Shown: piece after piece, positions 18,365 to 27,830 of the stretch
How the letters are laid out: the number at the start of each line of letters is the position of its first letter
How positions within the stretch are numbered: the first letter of the stretch is position 1
Origin: Spirochaetia bacterium
GTDB taxonomy: Bacteria > Spirochaetota > Spirochaetia > SZUA-6 > Bin103
DNA: 64,000 nucleotides
Direction of reading: 5' to 3'
NCBI GenBank assembly: GCA_965203515.1
Contig: OZ241907.1
Location: 1-64,000, forward strand
Notes under the pieces: generated by a model
What the model saw: only the letters and a program-made list of their open reading frames with translations
What the model was told of the DNA's origin: nothing
Database searches by the model: none
Made by a program: the position numbers and the translations under genes

Positions 18365-20176
18365 ATGAGTCGGCCGGTGCGCGAGCGGATTCGCAACTTC
18401 TGCATCATCGCCCACATCGACCACGGCAAGTCGACGCTGGCCGATCGGTTCATCCAGCGCGCCCACGTGGTGTCCGACCGCGAGTTCCACGATCGGCTGC
18501 TCGACAGCATGGAGATCGAGCGCGAACGCGGGATCACCATCAAGTCGCAGGCGATTTCGCTCCCCCACCGGCACGACGGCGCCCGGTACCTGCTGAACCT
18601 GGTCGATACCCCCGGGCACGTCGACTTCACCTACGAGGTGTCGCGGGTGATCAGCGCCTGCGAGGGCGCCGTGTTGCTGGTCGACGCCGCCCAGGGGGTG
18701 GAGGCGCAGACTCTGGCCAACTACTACCTGGCGCTGGAGCACGACCTGGAAGTGATCCCGGTGATCAACAAGATCGACTTGGCGGCGGCCGACATCGACC
18801 GGACCCGAGCGCAGATCGAACGGGATCTGGGGCTCGACGGCGACGGAGCCGTGCTCGTGTCCGCCAAGACCGGGCAGGGGATCGAGCAGCTTCTGGAGGC
18901 GATCGTCACCCGCATTCCGGCGCCGGACGGGGACCCGGGAGCGCCGCTGCAGGCGCTGGTCTTCGACTCCGCCTATGACCCGTACCGCGGCGTGGTGGTG
19001 CACGTCCGCGTGGTGGCGGGGCGGATCGCGCCGGACGCGCGCATCCGCTTCTGGGCGGGTGACGACGCCACCTACCGGGTGGAGGAGCTGGGTCTGTTCG
19101 GGATCAAGCCGCAGCCGGCCGCCTCCCTCAGCGCCGGCGAGGTGGGCTACCTGGTGGCCGGGATCAGATCGGTGGGGCAGGCGCGTGTGGGCAACACGAT
19201 CACCGGGGCGGAGCGCCCCTGCGACGCGCCGCTGCCCGGCTTCCGGGAAGCGAAGCCCGTGGTCTTCGCGGCGATCTATCCGCTCGATGCCGATCGATAC
19301 GACGAGCTGGCTGCCGGCTTGGCGCGATTGCAGCTCAACGACTCCACGCTCAGCTTTGCCAAGGAGTCGTCGGTGGCGCTCGGGTTCGGGTTCCGTTGCG
19401 GGTTTCTGGGCCTGCTCCACCTGGAGGTGGTTCAGGAGCGGCTGGAGCGGGAGTTCGGGCTGGCAGTGGTCCTGACCGCTCCGTCGGTGGAATACCACGT
19501 GCGGCTGCAGGACGGCTCGCAGCTCAGCGTGCACACGCCGGGCGAGTATCCCGATCCGGGCGCCATCGAGCAGGTGCGGGAACCATACGTCCGCGCTTCG
19601 ATCATCACGCCGTCCGATTACATCGGAGCGGTGATCTCCACCTGCCTGGACCGGCGCGGCATCCAGCAATCCCTCAACTATCTGGACGAGACGCGCATGG
19701 AGCTGCGCTTCGATCTGCCGCTGGCGGAGATCGTGACCGACTTCTACGATCGGTTGAAGTCGGTCACGCGCGGCTACGCGTCGTTCGACTACGAAATGGC
19801 CGATTACCGCGACACGGACATCGTGCGCCTGGACCTGCTGCTGAACGGCCAGCCGGTCGACGCGCTGGCGCAACTGGTGTACCGCGGCTCGGCGGTGCGG
19901 CGCGCGCGCGAGGTGTGCCGCAAGCTGCGCGACGAGATCCCGCGCCACCAGTTCAAGATCCCGGTCCAGGGCGCGATCGGCGGCCAGATCATCGCCCGCG
20001 AGACGATCAACGCCTATCGCAAGGATGTGACCGCCAAGCTGTACGGCGGCGACGTGACCCGCAAGCGCAAGCTCCTGGAGCGGCAGAAGGCCGGCAAGAA
20101 GCGGATGAAGGCCGTGGGAGCGGTGCAGATACCCAAGGACGCGTTCGTAGCCGTGCTGCGCGGCGACGGCGGGTAG
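18365..20176 (+). CDS. lepA: Elongation factor 4
   Basis: IRNFCIIAHIDHGKSTLAD, GFRCGFLGLLH, RKDVTAKLYGGDVTRKRKLL. Confidence 0.99.
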   Translation: MSRPVRERIRNFCIIAHIDHGKSTLADRFIQRAHVVSDREFHDRLLDSMEIERERGITIKSQAISLPHRHDGARYLLNLVDTPGHVDFTYEVSRVISACEGAVLLVDAAQGVEAQTLANYYLALEHDLEVIPVINKIDLAAADIDRTRAQIERDLGLDGDGAVLVSAKTGQGIEQLLEAIVTRIPAPDGDPGAPLQALVFDSAYDPYRGVVVHVRVVAGRIAPDARIRFWAGDDATYRVEELGLFGIKPQPAASLSAGEVGYLVAGIRSVGQARVGNTITGAERPCDAPLPGFREAKPVVFAAIYPLDADRYDELAAGLARLQLNDSTLSFAKESSVALGFGFRCGFLGLLHLEVVQERLEREFGLAVVLTAPSVEYHVRLQDGSQLSVHTPGEYPDPGAIEQVREPYVRASIITPSDYIGAVISTCLDRRGIQQSLNYLDETRMELRFDLPLAEIVTDFYDRLKSVTRGYASFDYEMADYRDTDIVRLDLLLNGQPVDALAQLVYRGSAVRRAREVCRKLRDEIPRHQFKIPVQGAIGGQIIARETINAYRKDVTAKLYGGDVTRKRKLLERQKAGKKRMKAVGAVQIPKDAFVAVLRGDGG

Positions 20177-20191
20177 GGAAGGGCCTGGTCT

Positions 20192-21691
20192 CTATCGACC
20201 GCTGGCGTTGGTGACGGCGGCGAACGCCTGCCCGAAGTTGTCCTCCCACAAGCCGCTGTTGTTGACCCACCACTCCAGGTCGGCGCTGAGCGCCCGTGCG
20301 GTGAACCACTCGAAGATGCTGCCGCCGGCGGCATCCTGCAAGTCCTCCGGCGCGACCTGACGCTCGTCCAGCAGGCGCAGGACGAGCACCCGATCGGGCA
20401 GGCGGATGGGCGCCGACACGTCGCCGGTCCGTTGCAGCGCGAAGCCCTGCTGGAAGAACTCCTCGAACTCGGCGGCGCGGGCCAGCAACGGCTGCCCGCC
20501 GGCGGCGACCGCTGGACGCCACGACGCCACGTTCTGAAAGTTGATCGGAAACCACTCGGTGGCGTGCACGGTGAGGTCGAGATCGGCGGCAGCGGTGTGA
20601 AAGTCGCTCTGCGACGCCGCCACGGCGAATCGGTCGGCCTGAGCCAACAGGTAGTCCTCCACCCGGCCGCGCTCCTGCGCGAGCAGGTACTCCCGCACGG
20701 CGGCGGCGGTGTCGGCGTCCGTGAAGTCCGGCGCGAGGACCGGGCTGTCGGCGCGGTAGAGGTAGAAGACGCCGTCCAGGCGGCCTGCGAGCACCTCGGA
20801 GACCGCGCCTTCGGCAAGGGCGAATACCTGCTCGGCCGTCTGTGGATCGGCGAAGTCCCGACTCAGGTCGTGGAAGTAGCGGAACCCGACGTCGCCGCCT
20901 TGATCGCGGAACTGGTCCTGTGAATGGGCGCGCGCCTGATCTTCGAACGTGGCGGTGCCGGACAGGATGCGCTCCCGGATCTGTCCGGCGGCGGCCTCGT
21001 CCCTGATCTCGATGCGGCTGAGGTCCAGGCGGCGGAAGTTGGCCGCGTTGGCTTGCCCGTACGCCATGACCTCCGTGTCGGGATAGGCGTCGTAGGTGAG
21101 ACTGACGAACTCGAAGCGGCGTTCGCGCCCGACCATCTCCTCATAGAAGGCGACCTCGTCGCCGCTGCTGAGGCGGCCGCGCTTCAGGTCGTCCACGTAC
21201 CGCTGGCGCGTCATCAGCTCTCGTACCCGTTCCAGGTTCCCTTCACGCGTCGTCACCGGCATTTCCGCGAGGTCTTCGTAGGCAGCTACCGATTCGATGA
21301 AACTCTGGTCGACGAGCTGCTGGGAGACGTGCACGCCGCCGGCCGCGGCCGCCCGCACCTGGGAGGTATGAATAACCGCGTCGCGGTACGCTCGCTGCCA
21401 GACTTGGTAGCCCAGCACCCGCTGATCGGTATCTTCAGGCAGCCGTGAGGATTGGTCGCGATAGTGCCATTGGTACGCTTGGCCGAAGTAGTTGGTCGGG
21501 CTGTACGCTATCTCCTGACCGTCGAAGGAACCGAACACGGCGGTCGACTGCGTGGCGCCGAGCCCGGAGGGAGCCAGCGTACCGATCATCGACACGCCTA
21601 TGATGACCATCACCACGATGCTGAACCCGTAGAGCAGATACGACCGGTTCTTGCGTGCCTCTACGGACAGCGGGTTGCCGTCCCGCGCCAT
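20192..21691 (-). CDS. SurA-N/parvulin-type peptidyl-prolyl isomerase (PpiD-like), membrane anchored
   Basis: N-terminal TM; TFEDQARAHSQD..QGGDVG parvulin motif. Confidence 0.8.
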   Translation of the reverse strand: MARDGNPLSVEARKNRSYLLYGFSIVVMVIIGVSMIGTLAPSGLGATQSTAVFGSFDGQEIAYSPTNYFGQAYQWHYRDQSSRLPEDTDQRVLGYQVWQRAYRDAVIHTSQVRAAAAGGVHVSQQLVDQSFIESVAAYEDLAEMPVTTREGNLERVRELMTRQRYVDDLKRGRLSSGDEVAFYEEMVGRERRFEFVSLTYDAYPDTEVMAYGQANAANFRRLDLSRIEIRDEAAAGQIRERILSGTATFEDQARAHSQDQFRDQGGDVGFRYFHDLSRDFADPQTAEQVFALAEGAVSEVLAGRLDGVFYLYRADSPVLAPDFTDADTAAAVREYLLAQERGRVEDYLLAQADRFAVAASQSDFHTAAADLDLTVHATEWFPINFQNVASWRPAVAAGGQPLLARAAEFEEFFQQGFALQRTGDVSAPIRLPDRVLVLRLLDERQVAPEDLQDAAGGSIFEWFTARALSADLEWWVNNSGLWEDNFGQAFAAVTNASGR

Positions 21692-21699
21692 GGATCACG

Positions 21700-21728
21700 A
21701 AGGTAGCCACGCCGGGCCGCCGCGTCAA
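21700..21728 (-). promoter_or_regulatory. Promoter TTGACG-N17-TACCTT, 8 nt before ATG 21691
   Basis: Direct sequence match. Confidence 0.6.
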
Positions 21729-21820
21729 TGGAGGGCGCTGACGAGGTGGGCGGGGGTGGGGCCCGGCGGCGCCGCCCAGGCATCGCCCAAGCCTCCGGCT
21801 CCCGGCCTTCGAACGCCGCC

Positions 21821-21849
21821 TTGACAACGCGTCGCGGCCGTCGCATATT
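21821..21849 (+). promoter_or_regulatory. tRNA operon promoter TTGACA-N17-CATATT
   Basis: Direct sequence match upstream of tRNA-Asp. Confidence 0.65.
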
Positions 21850-21863
21850 ACGGTCTCACCAGA

Positions 21864-21937
21864 GGGGGCGTGGCGAAGCTGGTTATCGCGCCGGCCTGTC
21901 AAGCCGGAGGCCGCGGGTTCAAGTCCCGTCGCTCCCG
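21864..21937 (+). tRNA. tRNA-Asp(GTC)
   Basis: GGGGGCG/CGCTCCC acceptor stem, CCGGC-CTGTCAA-GCCGG anticodon arm. Confidence 0.97.
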
Positions 21938-21947
21938 AAACAGACTG

Positions 21948-22020
21948 CGGGCTGTGGCGCAGCGGCTAGCGCGCTCGGTTCGGGACCGAGAGGTCGGGAG
22001 TTCGAATCTCCCCAGCCCGA
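21948..22020 (+). tRNA. tRNA-Pro(CGG)
   Basis: CGGGCTG/CAGCCCG acceptor stem, CTCGG-TTCGGGA-CCGAG anticodon arm. Confidence 0.97.
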
Positions 22021-22136
22021 TGTCACGTGGGTGCGGGGCGCGCCTTACGCGCCGCTCGCCGCATCCGATGAGCGGCTCCGGCCATGCCTCGGCGCCGCTC
22101 AACCGGAGGTCGCCGGCAGCCGAAGATAGGGAAGTC

Positions 22137-23024
22137 GTGCTGCGTGCGCTTGTGTTGTTGTCGATCTGCGTTGGCGCCGTTGGCTGTGCCCACGGTCAGG
22201 ACGGTTACTACACGATGAAGCGGGGCGATACGCTGTACAGCGTCTCCCGCCAAGTCGGCGTACCGGTCGAGCAGCTCGTGACGGCCAACGGCATCGGCGA
22301 CGTCACGGACGTCCCGGTCGGAACGCGCCTCAGGGTGCCGGGAACGGCGGCCGGTCTGCGGCCGCTGGAGCCCGCACCGTCGGCGGTCAGCGCAGCGCCG
22401 CGGGCGCTCGGTCTGTCGGCGAGGACGCCGGCCGCCGCGCCGAGGACGCCGGCCGCCGCGCCGTCCACTCCGGACACCTACCGGATGGTCAAGGGCGATA
22501 CGCTCTACTCGATCGCCGCGCGGTTCGACCTCGACGCCGTCGAGTTGATGCAGCGCAACGACATCGACGATCCGACCGATCTTGCCACGGGGACCGTGCT
22601 GACCCTCGAGGGCGTGGGCCGCCGCGCGGCGGGCGTCACTGCCATGTCCGGCGCCACTGCCGTGTCGCTGCAAGGTCCGTTGCTGTGGCCTACCGACGGG
22701 GAGCGGCAGCCGCTCACCGGCAAGATCGACGGCGTGGCGATCCGCGGCGATCCCGGTCAGCCGGTGCGGTCGGTCTCTTCCGGCACGGTCACCTGGTCGG
22801 GGCCGCAACGCGGCTACGGGTACGTGGTGCTGGTGCGCAACGGCAGCTACGTCTACGGATACCTCAACAATCGGCAGGTGCAGGTCGAGGTCGGCGACCA
22901 GGTGCAGGTCGGCTCGCAGATCGGCCAGCTCGGCGTCAATCCGCACGACAACACCGCCCAGCTCTACTTCGTGGTGGTCAAGGACGGACGCTACGTCGAC
23001 CCGCGCTCGGCGCCGCGCGCTTAG
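22137..23024 (+). CDS. Lipoprotein with two LysM domains and a degenerate M23/LytM domain (NlpD-like)
   Basis: Lipobox AVGC; YTMKRGDTLYS and YRMVKGDTLYS; LLWP..GYGYVVLV..GDQVQVG; zinc ligands absent. Confidence 0.85.
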   Translation: MLRALVLLSICVGAVGCAHGQDGYYTMKRGDTLYSVSRQVGVPVEQLVTANGIGDVTDVPVGTRLRVPGTAAGLRPLEPAPSAVSAAPRALGLSARTPAAAPRTPAAAPSTPDTYRMVKGDTLYSIAARFDLDAVELMQRNDIDDPTDLATGTVLTLEGVGRRAAGVTAMSGATAVSLQGPLLWPTDGERQPLTGKIDGVAIRGDPGQPVRSVSSGTVTWSGPQRGYGYVVLVRNGSYVYGYLNNRQVQVEVGDQVQVGSQIGQLGVNPHDNTAQLYFVVVKDGRYVDPRSAPRA

Positions 23025-23043
23025 CGATGGCAGGGGAACCGCC

Positions 23044-24111
23044 CTGAGCGACGGGGCGGACGGCGCGGTTCCGGCCGATCTGGCGTTCCGGTTCGGATCG
23101 ACCACCTCCACGATACGCTTCGTCCCCGCGTTGCGGCCGGCCGACGCGGGGCCGTCCGAGAACGCGCTGCTGGTCTGCGACCGCCGCACCGCGCCGCTGC
23201 TGCCGGCCGGGGCGCCGGCGCCCCTGGTCATCGAGGCGGAGGAGGCCGACAAGGACTGGCCTGCGGTCGCGCGCGTGATCGACGCCGCTCACCGGGCGGG
23301 GCTCGATCGCGGCGCGCGCATCACCGCGCTGGGCGGCGGCGTGCTGTGCGACGTAGCGGCGTTCGCGGCTTCGGTCTACTTGCGCGGCGTGCGGTTGGTG
23401 CTGATCCCGACCACCCTGGTCGCCATGGTCGATGCCGCGGTGGGCGGCAAGACCGGAATCGACTACGGCGGCCGCAAGAACCTGATCGGCTCGTTCTACC
23501 CGGCCGCGGAGGTGGTGATCTGGCCGGGAGCGCTCCGCAGCCTGCCGGCGCGGCAGCTCGCCGCCGGGATGGCGGAGGTGGTCAAGACCGCGCTGCTCGG
23601 CGATCGCGGTCTGGTGGAGTTGCTGGAACGCGTCGGGGCCGCGGCGGTCACCGGCGGCGCGGACGCCGCCTGTTCGGTGATCCGGCGGTGTCTGCAGGTG
23701 AAGGGCGGCATCGTCGCGGCCGACCCCACCGAGCGTACCGGCCGGCGCGACGTGCTCAACCTGGGCCATACCTTCGCGCACGCCCTGGAGGCGGTGACCG
23801 GTTTCGGACCGTGGAACCATGGCGAGGCGGTGGCGTGGGGCATCGCCCGGGCGATGGACCTGGGGGCTCACCTCGGGGATACCCCCGCCTTGCACCGCAC
23901 GCGGGTGCTGGCGCTGCTCCGGTCGCTTCGGTTCCGGCTGCAGGCGGGCGCCGAGGCGCCCCCGGAAGCACTGGTGGCGGCGATGGCGGCCGACAAGAAG
24001 CGTCGCGGCGGACAGCTTCGGTTCGTGCTGCAGCGCGGCGTGGGCGATACCTTCGTGCGCGCGGTCGATCGCGCTGACGTACTGCGGGTGCTCGCCGCGG
24101 CCGCCCGCTGA
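23044..24111 (+). CDS. aroB: 3-dehydroquinate synthase; start probably CTG 23044 (track gives TTG 23131)
   Basis: ALGGGVLCD, PTTLVAMVDAAVGGKTG, LNLGHTFAHALE, HGEAVAWG, DKK. Confidence 0.95.
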   Translation: MSDGADGAVPADLAFRFGSTTSTIRFVPALRPADAGPSENALLVCDRRTAPLLPAGAPAPLVIEAEEADKDWPAVARVIDAAHRAGLDRGARITALGGGVLCDVAAFAASVYLRGVRLVLIPTTLVAMVDAAVGGKTGIDYGGRKNLIGSFYPAAEVVIWPGALRSLPARQLAAGMAEVVKTALLGDRGLVELLERVGAAAVTGGADAACSVIRRCLQVKGGIVAADPTERTGRRDVLNLGHTFAHALEAVTGFGPWNHGEAVAWGIARAMDLGAHLGDTPALHRTRVLALLRSLRFRLQAGAEAPPEALVAAMAADKKRRGGQLRFVLQRGVGDTFVRAVDRADVLRVLAAAAR

Positions 24112-24134
24112 TCTCTGATCCCCAGGCCGGCGGC

Positions 24135-26654
24135 TTACCGTCCCGCGGTGTGCGCCAGCGCGCGCAGCCGTATCTCGAGCGGCACCGGACCGCCGGGCAC
24201 CGCTTGCAGGCTCTGCAGCGTCTCCTCCACCGCGTGGCGCCAGCCGCGGCGCGGGTGCAGGCGGAAGCCGCCGGAGCCATCGGCCGCCAGCGACAGGAAG
24301 CCAAGCCGGCGGCTGCCGGCGCCGCGCGGCACCACGCGCAGGGCAAGCTCGGCGGCGGCGAGCAGCGACGCGCGGTCGGCGTGAGCGTCGAACCGCCGCT
24401 CGGGCCAGGAGCGCAGTACGCCTTCGTCGAGGCGGATATGCGGCAGCGCCTGCAGAATGGCGGCCAGCGGCGCGCCGCGCAGCAGTTCGCCGCCGTCCTC
24501 GCGGATCACGCCGCGCAGCTCGCCCAGGTCGCGCTGGTTCACGGCGGCCAGCTCCGCGCGCCGCTCGCGTACCGCGCGCCACTCCAGGACCGCGATCCGC
24601 CGCGCGCCCTTGCCGGGCGACAGCGGCAGGCTCATGCCGGCGAGCTGCAGGCTGGCGCGGCCGGCGCGGGCCCTCGCGCGCCGGCGGTCGGCCCGGCCTC
24701 GCCCCGGCCGCTCGCGCGGCTCCGCAAGCAACTCCGCCAAGCGCGGATCGATGCGGCCGAGCATCGCCGCGCGCAGCGGGGAGACCGAACGGGCGTACAG
24801 CCGTGAGGTGCGCACGATCTCGCCGGCGACGATGAACCGAGCGTCTTCCCGGTACATCGACGACCCGGGGTGAACGTGGATCCGCTCGGCCGCCAGCGAC
24901 CGGTACGCCCCGCGCCCGGTGTTGACGCACACCGACTGGATCAGCCCGCGCGCGATCGCGCACAGGTAGTCGTGCAGCGGACCGCCCCGCGACAGCGGCA
25001 CGCCCATGCCGGAGACGATCTCTGCGATCTGCCGCTTGATGTTGGCGATCTCGGCGAGCACCCGGACGTCCAGGAAGTGCCGCCTGCAGAACCCGTGACG
25101 ATCCCCCGTCTGCTCGAAGGCGCGCAGCATGTCCAGGCATCCCGCAAAGTCGCCAAGGCGGTGGTGAAACGCCTGATGGGCGCTGCGCGCCTGTTCCTCC
25201 TCACCCAGCGGAAAGAGCAGCGGCGACGGCGTCGACAGGAAGGCCGCACCGGTGATCGCTTCTTCGACCACCGTCGGGTAACGGTGGATCGCCTCGACGA
25301 TGATGCGGGCCAGCCGCGGCAGGATCGGAAACTTCGCCATCTGCTCGCCGATCGCGGTCAGGCGGCGGCCGTCGTCGAGCGCGCCCAGCCAGCGCAGGGA
25401 GTCGACCGCCGCCCGAATGTGCGGCCGGCCGGGGGTGGAGATGAAGTCGAAGCCCTCGAAGTCGTCGATGCCCAGATCGGCCATGCGCAGCACGACCTCG
25501 GTCAGGTCGGTTCGCAGTATCTCCTCTTCGGTGAACGCGGGCCGATCATCGAATGACGACCGATCGTACAGCCGGTAGCACACGCCGGGCCGCGTGCGCC
25601 CTGCGCGTCCCTTGCGCTGGTCGCAGGAGGCGCGGGAGATCGCCGTTTCGGTCAGGGAAGCCGTGAAGGTGTGCGGATCGTAGGCGTTGAGCTTGGCCCG
25701 CCCGGGATCGATGACCCAGACGATGCCGTCGATGGTCACGCTGGTCTCGGCGATGTTGGTGGCCACCACCACCTTGCGGCGGTCCGGGTAGTGGTCGAAT
25801 ACCCGCTGCTGCTCGTCGCCGCTCAGCCGGGCGAACAGCGGCAGCGGCTGCAGCGTCCGGTCGAGCGGCAGCGACCGCAGGGCGGCGATGCACTCGCGAA
25901 TCTCGCGTTCGCCGCTCAGAAAGATCAGGATGTCGCCCGGCATACCGGTGCGGTCGATCTCGGCGACTATTTCCAGGATCGCCGTCAGGGTCGCCTCCGC
26001 ATCGTGCTCCGGATCGGTCGGCCGGTACCGGACCTCGACCGGAAAGGCGCCCGCGTCCACGCGCACGATCGGGCAGCCGCCCAGGTAGGCGGAAAAGGCA
26101 TCGGCGTTGATCGTGGCCGATGACACCACCACGCGCAGATCGGCGCGGCGCGCAAGCACCTGCTTGAGCAGCCCGAGCGTGAAGTCGATGTTGAGGCTGC
26201 GCTCGTGAGCCTCGTCCACCACCACCACCTGGTACTCGCGCAGATCGGCGTCGAGCTTGATCTCCTGCAGCAGGATGCCGTCGGTCATGATCTTGATCGC
26301 GCAGGCGGGGGTGATGGTGTCCTCGAACCGCATCTTGTAGGCGATCAGATCTGCCGACAGCTCTGCCGACGCGCCGCCGGCGGCGGTCATCTGCTGCTGC
26401 AGGTACCGGCAGACCGCCACGGCGGCGATGCGCCGCGGTTGTGTGATGCCGATGCGCCCCGTGCGGCCGTAGCCGTGCTCGTACAGCAGCCGCGGTATCT
26501 GCGTGGTCTTGCCGGAACCGGTGGGGCTCTCCACCACGACCGCGCCGTGCGAGTCGAGCGCGGCCAGGATGCGGCGTCGGTGCCGGTACACCGGCATGTC
26601 CGTCCCGGACGGCAGGTCCATCCCGGACGGCAGAACCTTTGCGGGTGCGGACAT
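24135..26654 (-). CDS. hrpA: DEAH-box ATP-dependent RNA helicase HrpA (spirochaete-type length)
   Basis: SPTGSGKTT, TQPRRIAA, DEAHERS, SAT, ATNIAETSVTI, QRKGRAGR. Confidence 0.93.
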   Translation of the reverse strand: MSAPAKVLPSGMDLPSGTDMPVYRHRRRILAALDSHGAVVVESPTGSGKTTQIPRLLYEHGYGRTGRIGITQPRRIAAVAVCRYLQQQMTAAGGASAELSADLIAYKMRFEDTITPACAIKIMTDGILLQEIKLDADLREYQVVVVDEAHERSLNIDFTLGLLKQVLARRADLRVVVSSATINADAFSAYLGGCPIVRVDAGAFPVEVRYRPTDPEHDAEATLTAILEIVAEIDRTGMPGDILIFLSGEREIRECIAALRSLPLDRTLQPLPLFARLSGDEQQRVFDHYPDRRKVVVATNIAETSVTIDGIVWVIDPGRAKLNAYDPHTFTASLTETAISRASCDQRKGRAGRTRPGVCYRLYDRSSFDDRPAFTEEEILRTDLTEVVLRMADLGIDDFEGFDFISTPGRPHIRAAVDSLRWLGALDDGRRLTAIGEQMAKFPILPRLARIIVEAIHRYPTVVEEAITGAAFLSTPSPLLFPLGEEEQARSAHQAFHHRLGDFAGCLDMLRAFEQTGDRHGFCRRHFLDVRVLAEIANIKRQIAEIVSGMGVPLSRGGPLHDYLCAIARGLIQSVCVNTGRGAYRSLAAERIHVHPGSSMYREDARFIVAGEIVRTSRLYARSVSPLRAAMLGRIDPRLAELLAEPRERPGRGRADRRRARARAGRASLQLAGMSLPLSPGKGARRIAVLEWRAVRERRAELAAVNQRDLGELRGVIREDGGELLRGAPLAAILQALPHIRLDEGVLRSWPERRFDAHADRASLLAAAELALRVVPRGAGSRRLGFLSLAADGSGGFRLHPRRGWRHAVEETLQSLQAVPGGPVPLEIRLRALAHTAGR

Positions 26655-26746
26655 CGACGTTACCGGCGGCCGCTGGCCGGCGCGCGGCCGGGCGCCCGGC
26701 GGCAGGCGCGTGCTTTCCGGCCGGCGAACGGGTAGGATTGCCGCAG

Positions 26747-27790
26747 GTGTTGAGGCGGTACCGCACGTCGGCCGATGGCGATCACGCCGTCGCCGCCCGC
26801 GTCTATACGCGCGACGAACACGGGATCGAACGCGAGCACTTCGATCACGGCGCGCTGGCGGTCATCGACCGCTTGCAGCGCGCCGGCCATGAAGCGTACG
26901 TGGTCGGCGGCGCCATCCGCGACCTGCTCACCGGGCGCTCCCCGAAGGACGTGGACGTTGCCACCAGCGCCCGTCCGCGCACGGTCACGCGGCTATTCTC
27001 CCGCGCGCGCATCATCGGCCGGCGCTTCAAGCTGGTACACGTGCCGGCCGGCCGGTCGGGCCTGCTGGAGGTATCGACCTTTCGCGGTCCGGGCACGCAC
27101 GGCAACAACCACTACGGCACGATGGCCGAGGACGCGTTGCGCAGGGATTTCACGGTCAACGGATTGTACTACTGTCCCCGGCGCCGGCAGATCGTCGACT
27201 ACGTAGGCGGTCTGCCCGACCTGTCCGCACGCCGCCTGCGGACCATCGGCGACGCCGAACCGGCGTTCGTGGATGATCCGGTGCGCATGTTGCGGGCGGT
27301 CAAGTACGCCGCCTTCATGGGCGTGCGCGTGCCGGAACAGTACCGGCGGCTGATCCGGCGGCACGCCGCGCTGCTCGGCCGCTGCCCGGCCGGCCGGCTG
27401 AGCGAGGAGCTGCGCAAGCTGCTGGCCTCCGGCAACGGCTCGGACATACTGCTGGACTGCGCGCGGCTGGGGCTTCTGACCGAGCTGCTTCCCGCGGTCG
27501 CCGGGCGGGTGCGGCCGCGGCGTCAAGATCCGCTGATCGCCGAGCTGGCGCGCATCGAGCGGACGTCGCCGGATGGCGACGCGGTGCGCCTGCGCGCGAT
27601 GGTGGCGCTGGCCGCGGCGGTGAACGGGGATGGCGGGCAGCACTCCGTGCGCGGCGTGAAACAGGCGTTCGCGCCGCTGACCATTACCAATGAAGACGCC
27701 CGCTCGATCGTCGACGCCCTGGGCGGCGCCGGTAATCGGGCAGCGCCCGGCGATGGACGGAACGCGGAGCCGCGCAGGCCGGCGCGGTAG
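26747..27790 (+). CDS. pcnB: Poly(A) polymerase I
   Basis: VVGGAIRD, PKDVDV, PAP signature IIGRRFKLVHV, RRDFTVN, DDPVRMLRA. Confidence 0.88.
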   Translation: MLRRYRTSADGDHAVAARVYTRDEHGIEREHFDHGALAVIDRLQRAGHEAYVVGGAIRDLLTGRSPKDVDVATSARPRTVTRLFSRARIIGRRFKLVHVPAGRSGLLEVSTFRGPGTHGNNHYGTMAEDALRRDFTVNGLYYCPRRRQIVDYVGGLPDLSARRLRTIGDAEPAFVDDPVRMLRAVKYAAFMGVRVPEQYRRLIRRHAALLGRCPAGRLSEELRKLLASGNGSDILLDCARLGLLTELLPAVAGRVRPRRQDPLIAELARIERTSPDGDAVRLRAMVALAAAVNGDGGQHSVRGVKQAFAPLTITNEDARSIVDALGGAGNRAAPGDGRNAEPRRPAR

Positions 27791-27830
27791 CCCCGTCACG
27801 GCCGGTCCGCCGCTCGCGTCAGGTCGATGG

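Noticed and set aside
16346..19948. 1200-aa minus-strand ORF and many other long antisense or alternate-frame ORFs (e.g. 61132-63999, 48270-50702, 22978-25140, 2084-4108)
   Set aside because: Shadow frames of well-identified genes; high GC suppresses stops, and the translations are R/P/A/G-rich with no motifs
21730..22136. Riboswitch, SRP, tmRNA or RNase P RNA in spacers around tRNA-Asp/Pro
   Set aside because: Only generic GC hairpins; no diagnostic motifs recognised (an Rfam/Infernal search would be decisive)
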